Shown here: piece after piece, positions 1 to 9,600 of the stretch
Numbering within the stretch: the stretch's first letter is position 1
Layout of the letters: every line of letters begins with the position of its first letter
Origin: Verrucomicrobiales bacterium
Lineage (GTDB): Bacteria > Verrucomicrobiota > Verrucomicrobiia > Verrucomicrobiales > V1-33
Assembly (NCBI GenBank): GCA_031411295.1
Contig: JANOAV010000044.1
Span: forward strand, 5,946-69,945
Length of the DNA: 64,000 nucleotides
Direction of reading: 5' to 3'
Position numbers and translations under genes: made by a program
Notes under the pieces: generated by a model
Database searches by the model: none
The model's input: only the letters and a program-made list of their open reading frames with translations
What the model was told of the DNA's origin: nothing

Positions 1-24
1 CCACTGCTCGCGCGCTTCGGCATC

Positions 25-3000
25 GTGAGTTCCTCAGATGCACCAGCGGGCGCTCATCGTCGCTCCGCTTTGCCGCGGAGCTTCGCCACCGCAGCCAAGT
101 CCGTTCGCTCAATCGCTGGCGGCTTCACTCTTGCGCTGGCCCTGGCTTGCCTCTTCCTCTTCGCTGCGACCACTGCGCAGGCCGCCGGGGAGAAGGTGTT
201 GCTTATCTACGACACGCTCGCAGGTGACACGCCCAGTCTGAAGGCATACCTCCAGGCCAACGGCTGCATCGTCACCTACAGTGCGGCAGGGAAGACTGGC
301 TACAATGGAACCAACCCGAGTCCCACCGGCTTCAACACCATTATCCTGCTCAACGGCACCACTTATGGCCAGGTGATGCCTGCCGGTGGACGCACCGCCC
401 TGCTCAATTTCGTTTCCTTGGGCGGTGGTTACATCGGCGGCGAGTGGACTGCCTATGATATCGATAATGTTGGCGTTAATACGGATCTGGCCCCGATTAC
501 CCCGCTGACCCGCACGTCGTCCCAATCGACTCCAATCATCAATCCAGTTGCAGGGCAATCCGCGCACCCGGTGCTGGCTGGAGTAGCGTTTCCCATGTCG
601 GCGCCAGGCTGGTGGAATGTCGGTGGCCTTCGCACCTTTGCCACCAATCCCGCAGTCGCCTTGGCGATCGCGACCGGTGGATCAGTCGCCGTGGCTACTC
701 GCCAATATGGAAATGGGAAGGTCGTCGGTTTTGGTTCCGCCGGGAATTATACGAGCGGCGTTCTATCCAATGCCAATGTCCAACGCCTCTACCTGAACGC
801 AGTGCGTTGGACTTCCGGGACTTCCGGCAACACCCCGCCCATCGCCAACGCCGGACCGAGCCGCTCTGTCTTTGACACGGACAACAATGACGTGTCCACA
901 GTTGTCACGCTGAATGGCAGCGCGAGCAGTGATCCCGAGGGTGCCACGCTTACCTATTCCTGGACTCAGATACCCACGGCTACCGTGGCGTTAACAGGAG
1001 CGAACACCCCGATGCCGACTTTCACCGCCCCTGATCTGCACAACCACCCGAGCGGCCAGCCGCAACCCATCCCTCTCACGTTTCGCCTCGTTGTCAGCGA
1101 TGGTTCATTGACCAGCGCTGCGAACGTGACCATCACCGTGGTGCATAACAACCTGCCACCGGTGGCGAATGCTAGCGCAACGATTTCGCAGCAGGACGAG
1201 GGCACTATCACACTGAACGGTCAACTGAGCACCGATGCCGATCAGGATAGCCTGAGCTACACCTGGGCAACCGGAGCGCCGGGCGTGGTCATTACGCCGA
1301 ATGGCACGAATGCATTTGCCTCCATCTTCAATTACACGATCAACGCACCGCACTCGAATCCAGGCGAGACGCTCGGCTTCACCCTCACGGTGAGCGACGG
1401 CATCGCGAGCAGCAGCACACCTGTGCCGGTTTTTGTGCGGAACGTGAACCATGCACCCACGGCGAGCGCCGCTCCGGTGGACCCGGTCTTTGACAATGTG
1501 GGACTGGTCAGTCTCAGCGGCGAGGGCTTGGACTCCGATGGTGACACCGTGAACCTGCACTGGGTGCAAGTCGCCGGCCCGAGCGTGACGCTGAACGCCG
1601 ACACCACGGCGACTCCTTCCTTCACCGCGCCACCCGTCACCACAGCCCAGGGCAGCGTGACGCTCACCTTCCAATTGATCGCCAATGACTCGAACGGCCC
1701 CGGCGACACCGCCGCGCTGAGCAGCCTGCCCGCGAGCGTGGATGTGCTCGTGAAGCACGCCAATCGCGCACCCATCGCCGACGCCGGCCAGACCCGAGAT
1801 GTGCCCGAGCAATCCTCCGTCACACTCGACGGCTCCGGCAGTTACGATCCCGACCAGGATCCGCTGACCTATGCCTGGCAACAGGTCGGCACCCAGACCG
1901 TGACGCTCGACGTGACCGATCCGGTGCATCCGACATTCACAGCCCCGAACGTGGGACCTGCGGGAGAAACGCTGACCTTCCGACTCATCGTCACCGACAC
2001 CGCGCCGATAGGTTCCGGCGGCAATCTCAGCTCCAGTCCGAGCACCGTCGTGATCAACGTCAAGTATGTGAACCAGTCACCCGTGGCCGTAGCCGCAGCG
2101 ACACCACCAGCGAATGAAGGAAGCATAGTCACGCTCGATGGCTCGCAGAGTTCCGATCCCGATGGCAACGCCTTCACTTATCAATGGACACCGTCCGCCG
2201 GGTTGGACTTGACCGATCCCGCGCATCCCACCTTCACCGCTCCCGAGGTGGACCGCTTCGGCGGCACCGCGACCTTCACACTGCAAGTCACCGACGAGTT
2301 CGGCGCCGTGAGCAACGTCGCCACGACCTCCGTCGTGATCAACAACGTGAACCACGCGCCCACGGCTGATGCAGGTCTGCTGCAGAGCGTGCCGGAGAAC
2401 ACCGCGATCGGTCTCGGCGGTCTCGGCTATGATCTCGACAGCGAGGAGCAGCCGCTGCTCACCTATGCCTGGGTGCAGGTCGGCCCACCGACCGTGACAC
2501 TGGTCGGCGCAGACACGCCGACGCCCACCTTCACCACACCCACGGTGACCGCTGGCGGGGACCCGAATGCCTCCGTCACGCTGAAATTCAAACTCACGGT
2601 GACTGATCCGAACAACGCCTCCGGCAGTGCCGAGACCACCGTGGTCGTGAAGAACGAAGACCATGCCCCGCTCGCGAATGCTGGCGGCATTTCCGTTGCC
2701 AACGAAGCAACGGTCGTGACCCTCAACGGCAACGGCAGCAGCGATCCCGATGGCGACACACTCAGTTACTCATGGCAGCAGGTCCCCGCACCGCTGGTGC
2801 CGATGGTGACGCTGTCGAACGCGAACACCGCCACGCCTTCATTCACCGCGCCGTTTGTCAATGCCGCCGGACTCACACTCAAGTTCAGGCTCACCGTCAA
2901 CGACGGCTACGGCGGCACCTCCACCGACACCGCCACCGTGACGGTGGTGAACACCAACGACGCACCGACCTTGTCCAATCCGCAGGCCAGCCTCGGCAGC

Positions 3001-3354
3001 CTGTGGGCACCGGACCATCGCCTGGTCAAAGTGTCCATACTCGGAGTCGTGGACCCCAACAACAACGCCACCATCACCATCACCGGCGTGACGCAAGACG
3101 AAGCCACCAACGGCCTCGGCGATGGCGACACCGCGATCGACGCGATCATCAATGCCGATGGCACCGTGATGCTCCGCGCCGAGCGCTCCGGCAAAGGCAA
3201 CGGCCGCGTGTATCACATTCATTTCACCGCCTCCGACCCCGAGAGCCAGGCCCTCGGCACCAGCGTCTCAGGCATCGTGAAGGTGAGCGTGCCCCACAGC
3301 AAGAAGACCGACGCAGCCATCGACGGTGGCGAACTCTTCGACTCGACACACTAA
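25..3354 (+). CDS. Secreted surface protein with seven tandem PKD/Ig-like repeats of about 95 aa
   Basis: GTG start, with no nearby in-frame ATG. Signal-like hydrophobic N-terminus (FTLALALACLFLFAATTAQAAG). An N-domain of about 230 aa, tentatively a ThuA/GATase1-like fold. Seven repeats each open with N-x-[AP]-P-x-A (NHAPTA, NRAPIADAG, DHAPLANAG) and carry LDGS.S.DPDGD..(T/S)Y.W motifs. The C-terminal domain is distinct (PDHRLVKVSILGV...GRVYHIHF). Confidence 0.75.
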   Translation: MSSSDAPAGAHRRSALPRSFATAAKSVRSIAGGFTLALALACLFLFAATTAQAAGEKVLLIYDTLAGDTPSLKAYLQANGCIVTYSAAGKTGYNGTNPSPTGFNTIILLNGTTYGQVMPAGGRTALLNFVSLGGGYIGGEWTAYDIDNVGVNTDLAPITPLTRTSSQSTPIINPVAGQSAHPVLAGVAFPMSAPGWWNVGGLRTFATNPAVALAIATGGSVAVATRQYGNGKVVGFGSAGNYTSGVLSNANVQRLYLNAVRWTSGTSGNTPPIANAGPSRSVFDTDNNDVSTVVTLNGSASSDPEGATLTYSWTQIPTATVALTGANTPMPTFTAPDLHNHPSGQPQPIPLTFRLVVSDGSLTSAANVTITVVHNNLPPVANASATISQQDEGTITLNGQLSTDADQDSLSYTWATGAPGVVITPNGTNAFASIFNYTINAPHSNPGETLGFTLTVSDGIASSSTPVPVFVRNVNHAPTASAAPVDPVFDNVGLVSLSGEGLDSDGDTVNLHWVQVAGPSVTLNADTTATPSFTAPPVTTAQGSVTLTFQLIANDSNGPGDTAALSSLPASVDVLVKHANRAPIADAGQTRDVPEQSSVTLDGSGSYDPDQDPLTYAWQQVGTQTVTLDVTDPVHPTFTAPNVGPAGETLTFRLIVTDTAPIGSGGNLSSSPSTVVINVKYVNQSPVAVAAATPPANEGSIVTLDGSQSSDPDGNAFTYQWTPSAGLDLTDPAHPTFTAPEVDRFGGTATFTLQVTDEFGAVSNVATTSVVINNVNHAPTADAGLLQSVPENTAIGLGGLGYDLDSEEQPLLTYAWVQVGPPTVTLVGADTPTPTFTTPTVTAGGDPNASVTLKFKLTVTDPNNASGSAETTVVVKNEDHAPLANAGGISVANEATVVTLNGNGSSDPDGDTLSYSWQQVPAPLVPMVTLSNANTATPSFTAPFVNAAGLTLKFRLTVNDGYGGTSTDTATVTVVNTNDAPTLSNPQASLGSLWAPDHRLVKVSILGVVDPNNNATITITGVTQDEATNGLGDGDTAIDAIINADGTVMLRAERSGKGNGRVYHIHFTASDPESQALGTSVSGIVKVSVPHSKKTDAAIDGGELFDSTH

Positions 3355-3415
3355 CGTCGCCAACACGCGAGGCGCGGCAGGGTAAAATCCCCCGCCGCGC
3401 CCACCGCAACACTCA

Positions 3416-3446
3416 AGAGCGGGACTCGCAAGGGTCCCGCTCTTTT
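3416..3446 (+). terminator. Rho-independent terminator downstream of the repeat-protein gene
   Basis: A 10-bp stem AGAGCGGGAC / GTCCCGCTCT with an 8-nt loop, running into a T-tract, about 60 nt after the stop codon. Confidence 0.7.
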
Positions 3447-3695
3447 GCATCGTGACCGCGCCGTGTGACATGAGTTCCCCTCGGAGGAGGGGCCTCCCGG
3501 CTGGTCGCTGGATCGAGACTTTCCCTTCGGGACTGCGTAGCAGTCTTGCTCATGAGAAACCGAGGCTGAAACCCCAGGTCCGACTGACATTCCAGAGGCC
3601 TATCCTCCCTCTGAATTCACGCCCACGAAAAAAACTTTCGCCAATCTCGACATAAATTTCAGCGGCCGGGGTAAAGACCTTTGACTACACTCATT

Positions 3696-6600
3696 ATGAA
3701 ATCGAATACACCACACCGCCGTCGTCGCCATCACCTCTGTCTGCTCATGCTTCCCGCCCTCTGGCAGATTGGCCAGCCGTTGCGGGCCAACAACACTTGG
3801 GACGGCGGTGGCGGCGCGACTTTTCTTTGGAGCAACAACGCGAACTGGGGTTTGGACACCGCGCCCGGTTTCGGCACGCTGATTTTCACCGGGGCCGTGG
3901 GCAACACCAACATCATGGATGCGAACTACTCCATGAATCAGCTCAACTGGAACGGCAGCAGCGCGTGGGTGCTGAACAACTCCGGCGGTTCGGTGCTCAG
4001 CCTCTTCGACAACGGCGGCACCCAGGCGAAGCTCGAAAGCCTCGGCACGGGCGGCGTCACCATCAATGCGCCGGTCACCTTTGCCGCGACGGCGGGGGCG
4101 GCGTGGGGGAAAATCAACGCCGTCAGCAGCAGCATGACCTTTGGCAGCGGCGGGACGCTGACCGTCAATGGCTCGGCGGTGGCGGGCATCCGTTTGTTTG
4201 GCGGCAGCGGGGCGATCGCGACGACTTTCAACAACACGGTCAGCGCGACCGGCAAGTATTTCGCCACCTCCGCCACCGGACAGACGGTGAACATCGGCGG
4301 CTCCTTCACGGCGGCGAATTTCTACCTGATGAACACCGGCACGCTGAACCTCAACACCGGCGGCAATCTGAACGGCACCGCCGTCCGCCTCGGCGGTGAC
4401 TTCGCCACCACGGGCACGCAGAATCTGGCGCTCGGCGCGACGTTCAACCTCACGCCCGCGCCGGGCGGCCTCACCTTTGCCGGAGTCGTGAATTCGGTCG
4501 CGAGCAATACCTCGGGAGCCTTGGTGGTGAATTCGCAGAACACCAGCGGCACGAACACGCTGAGCAATCAGATCGCGCTCGACTCGGCGTTGAAGATCAC
4601 GCAAGCGGCGGGCGGCACGCTCGCCATCACGCAGGTCAAAGGCGGCGATAACACCACGGGCACGGACCTCAAGGGCAACACGCTGACGTTCGCGCCCGCC
4701 GCCACGGGCGCGATCAATCACAGCGGCACGATCTATAACTCCACGGGCACTGGCTCCGTGACGCTCAACGGCGCGGGCACCCTGACGCTCTCCGGCGCGA
4801 ATACTTACTCCGGCGCGACGACTGTGAGCGCGGGAACGCTCAGTGCCGCGAACATCGTGGTTTCCGCCGGAAACAGCAATCTGGGCAACACCAGCAGCGC
4901 GGTGGTGCTGGGGGACGCCAGCAATCAGGGCACACTGTCCTATACGGGCGGTGCGGCCACCTATACCCGCGGGTTCACGATCAATGCCGGCGGCGGGCAG
5001 TTGACCAATGCCGGCTCCGGCACGCTGACGGTCGCCACCGGCGGGATTGCCGCCGGCGGAGCGTTCACGGTGGGCGGTGCTTCCGGCAAAGACATCACGA
5101 TCTCCAGCGCGATCAGCAGCACCGGCGGCCTCATCAAGACCGGAGCGGATACCTTGACCCTGTCTAACACGGGTAACAGCTTTAGCGGTGGAGTAACGCT
5201 GGGCGCGAGCGTGGGCACCATCATTGCCAACGCAATCGGCGGCACCAATGCCACCGGGTTGGGCACCGGGGCCGTCGCCATCGGCACCGGATCTACGGTC
5301 GAGCTTAAGACTACCTCCGCCTCCACAGCTATCGTCATTAACAACACTTTCACCGGCACCGGTCTCCTCAAGGTGACCTCCACGGGAGATTCGGGGGCTC
5401 CGAATAACAACCTCAATGGCATCAATGGCTTTAGCGGAACCGTTGAGCTGGCTAACGACGGAGGCGCCGGCAGAGGCAAGCTGGCCGGCACCATCAACGC
5501 CCCCAACGCCACGCTCCAGATTGACAGCGGCAGTCAGATTTACGTCGGGTTCTTTGGTGCGCAGACCTACAAGGACATCAAGGTCAGCGGCGCTGGCAAC
5601 GGGGAAAATCTCGGTGCCATCCGGTTCGATTCCAACAGGACTCTCACGGTGAGCGGAAGCGTGAGTTTGCTCGGAGATACCACCATCGCCGCGGGCGGGT
5701 TCACGGGTGATGGCACGCTGAGCGGCAAAATCACCAGCGGGGCCGCGGGCACCCAGACGCTGACTCTCGGCACGGCCTCCGCAGTCAACAACGTCACGCT
5801 GAACGGGGATATCGGCGGGGGCACAGGCACCATTGCTCTGACGAAAACAACGGCGAGCACCGTTATTCTCCTCGGCGCCAACACCTACACCGGCGCCACC
5901 CTCATCAGCGCAGGCACGCTGCAACTTGGCAACGGAGCCACGACGGGTTCGCTCTCGACGAGCAGTGCCATCACCAACAACGGGACGCTGGCCTTCAACC
6001 GCAGTAACACTGTGACCCAGGGCACGGACTTCGCCAGCGTCATCAGCGGCAGTGGTGCGGTGACGCAGATCGGCACCGGCACAACGATCTTCTCCGGGGC
6101 GAATACCTACACCGGCGCGACGACGATCAGCGCTGGCACCCTGAGCGTGGCCACCATCGGCAACGGCGGAGTCAGTGGGAACCTCGGCGCGGCCAGCAAT
6201 GCGGCCGCGAACCTCGTCTTCGACGGAGGCACGCTGCAATACACCGGAGCTACGGCCAGCACGGATCGCAACTTCACGGTCAATGCCGGCAAGACTGCGA
6301 CCTTCGACATCACCACCAACAACCTCACCGTGAGCGGTGCCTCCACCGCCAGCAACGGCGCGCTGACCAAGACCGGCACCGGCACGCTCACGCTCTCCGG
6401 TGCGAATACTTACACGGGCGCGACGACTGTCAGCCAGGGCACGCTGGTCTTGAACAATAATTCCGCCGCCGGGGGTTTCGCGGCGGGCACCATCACTCTG
6501 GGGAACGGGGCTACCGGCAACAGCAACGTCGAGTTGCAGTTTGGCAGCGGCGTCAGCGGATTCGATCTCACTCTCCCCAACGGCAGCGGCGTCCGGCGCG

Positions 6601-9600
6601 TGAACCCCATCACCGTGGCCAACACGGGAAGCTCGGGGACGGCAACCATCGCTTTTAGGCAGGATGCATCCGCCTACATTTACACGGATCTGACACTCAA
6701 TCGAGCCACCGTCCTTACGTCCGACAGCTCCTCCCGCCAGGCTCGTGGTTGGGTGGGGCGGATCACCGGTTCAGGTGCGGGTGTCGGCAACGATACCGTC
6801 ATCTACGATGCCGGCGTTAACAATTGGCTGGAATTCGCCCCGAAGAGCACGGGGGTCTCAGGAACAACCCCCGCGAACACGTTCTCAGGCAATCTCCGCG
6901 TCAAGAGCGGCAACCTGGAAGTCGCGAATGTTTCCTACCTCGGCGACGTCCCCGCCAATTCCAACTTGATGATCCCCGACGCCGCCAGCGTGACGGTGGA
7001 CGCAGGGGCCGCGTTGATATTCGTGTGGGGCGATGAGACGTTCGATGCGCTCAACGGCGGCGGCAGTATCGCGCGGAACACCGGCGATGGCCAAGGCATC
7101 CGCACGCTGACGATCGGGGCCAGCGGCGGTTCGGGAAACTTCAGCGGCGCGATCGCAGCCACCACCTTGGGAGCCGAAACGTTCCAGCCGGGAGTCAACA
7201 TTACCAAGACCGGCAGCGGCACGCAGATCTTCTCCGGCGCGAATACTTACACCGGCGCGACGACGGTGAGCGCGGGCGTTCTGCGCCTCAACGGAGCCAC
7301 CTCCCTCCCGGGCGGGATCGATACCACGGTGGGGGCGGGTGAAAGTGCGCTGACCCTGAATGGCGGCGTGCTCGGCCTCGGTGCGGGCAATTTCACCCGC
7401 AACCTCGGCACCGGAGCCGGACAAGTGCAGATCAACGCAGGCGGCGGTGGCTTCGCGGCTTACACCGCGGACCGGCTCGTGAATCTCGGCGGCGCGACCG
7501 CAACGGTCACCTGGGCGAGCGGCAGCTTCGTGCCCACGGGCAGCAACCTCATCCTCGGCGCGGCCGATGCCACGCACACGGTCACTTTCCAAAACCCGAT
7601 CAACTTCAACGCCGCGACGCGCACCGTGCAGGTGGACAATGGTGCCGCCACCGTGGATGCGATCCTCTCCGGCGCCCTGAGCAACGGCGGCCTGACGAAG
7701 ACCGGCGAAGGCTCACTGACGCTCTCCGGTGCGAACACCTACACCGGCGCAACGACCATCAGTGCGGGCACGCTGAGCGTGGGCACGATTGGTAACGGTG
7801 GCGTGGCCAGCGGGAATCTCGGCTCGGCCTCCAGCGCGGCCGCGAACCTCGTCTTCGACGTCGGCACGCTGCAATACACCGGAGCTACGGCCAGCACGGA
7901 TCGCAACTTCACGATCAATGCCGGCAAGACGGCGACCTTCGACATCGCGACCGCCGCTACCAACCTCACCGTCAGCGGCGCCTCCACCGCCACGACCGGC
8001 GCTCTGACCAAGATCGGCGCGGGCACGCTTACCCTTTCCGGGTTCAATACTTTCACTGGAGCGGTGCAGGTGAATGCGGAGACGCTGAATATCTTCAACG
8101 ATGCCAACCTCGGGACGGGTATCACCGTCACCCTCGCGGGCGGCACGCTGCTATCCTCGTCCACCTGGTTGTCCCACCCGCTCGCCATCAGCACTGCCAG
8201 CACCATCGACACGGCCTATGGCTTCACCACGACCGATAATGCCGCGCTCACTGGCTCCGGCACGCTGACGAAAACGGGCGGCGGAACCTTTTCCCTCATC
8301 TCCGGCTCGGGCAATACTTTCAGCGGTAACATCACTCTCGCCACCAATGGCGGCACCCTTCAGATCGGCGGCACGCCGGCCAGCAATCCGGCGGGCGGGG
8401 CCACGCTCGGCAGCCTGACTTCAGCCAATACCCTCACGGTCAATCGCGGCGCCACCTTCAACATCGAGGACAATGCCAGCTTTACTTCATTTACCGACCG
8501 TCTTGGCTCGGCGGGTAACCGTCCGGCGGTGTCGTTGAATGGCGGCACCTTGAGCCTCAATGGTGTCAACTTCGCCGCCGTCACGACCCAGACCCTCGGC
8601 GCGCTGACCCTGGCCTCCGGTGCTTCCACGATCAATGTCACCCGCAACACCTCGGGCACGCCCGAGCTGATCTTCTCCAGCCTGAGCAAGACTTCGGGTG
8701 CCTTTGCCAACTACACCGGCACCGCGCTCGGCAACGGCACGAATGACGGACGGATTCTCTTCACCAGCGCGCCCACGCTCATCGGGGGCGGCGGCGCGGC
8801 GAACAGTCCGACCATCAGCATCCTGCCCGGCGCGCGATCGGGCAACGATCTGGTCACCTATGACGCGGTGAATGGCATCCGGCCTTTGGTCCTGGCGGAA
8901 TACAACGCGGTGGCCGGGAATAACATCACCGGCGCGGGTGCCACGCAGAATGTGAACATCTCCAACGCCACTCCGACGGCGTTCACCGCGCTTTCGGGAG
9001 CGAAGACCATCAACTCTCTCGTCATCACCGCCCCCGCTGTTTCGACTTGGGCGATGGGAAATACGCTGACACTCACCAGCGGCCAGTTCATTCACAGCGC
9101 GGCATCCGCACACACGCTCAACATCAGCAGCGGCACCCTCACCGCCGGCACCGGGGCCGTGGGCACGGTGGACCTCGACCTGTCGATCCTGAACAGCACG
9201 GTGACTCTCGGAGCCAATGTGAATAACAACGCCTCGACGGTCGTGGGCCTGGTCAAGAATGGGGCCGGCAGCCTCTCGCTGAATAACACAGCGGACAGCA
9301 CCTATTCCGGCAGCACCTTCGTCAACGAGGGAACGCTCACCACCGGCATCACGGCCAGCCGTCGTTATCTGGGCACGGGAGCGGTGACGGTCAACGCGGG
9401 TGGAATCCTGAGTCTGGGAGCGATCGGGGCCACATCTTTCAGCGGGAGCATTGGCTCACCGACCTACACGGCGAGGACCGGCGGGCAAATCCAGATCGCG
9501 AATGCCGTTCCCGCGGTCAATGAGTTTTTCAAGATCGAATCCGGCGCGGCCATCATCAATGCGGGCACCACCAGCGCGGGCGGACTGGATTTGAATACGA

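Noticed and set aside
3447-3695. The ~250-nt leader before the giant PATR gene, with small hairpins such as CCCCTC-ggag-GAGGGG.
   Set aside because: The hairpins are short and I cannot match them to any known RNA family. This is insufficient evidence for an ncRNA call.
3600-6239. An 879-aa ORF on the minus strand, opposite the start of the giant PATR gene.
   Set aside because: Its composition is Arg/Ala/Gly-rich and low-complexity with no motifs. It lies entirely antisense to a gene with an unmistakable repeat family signature. This is a typical shadow ORF of GC-rich repetitive coding DNA.
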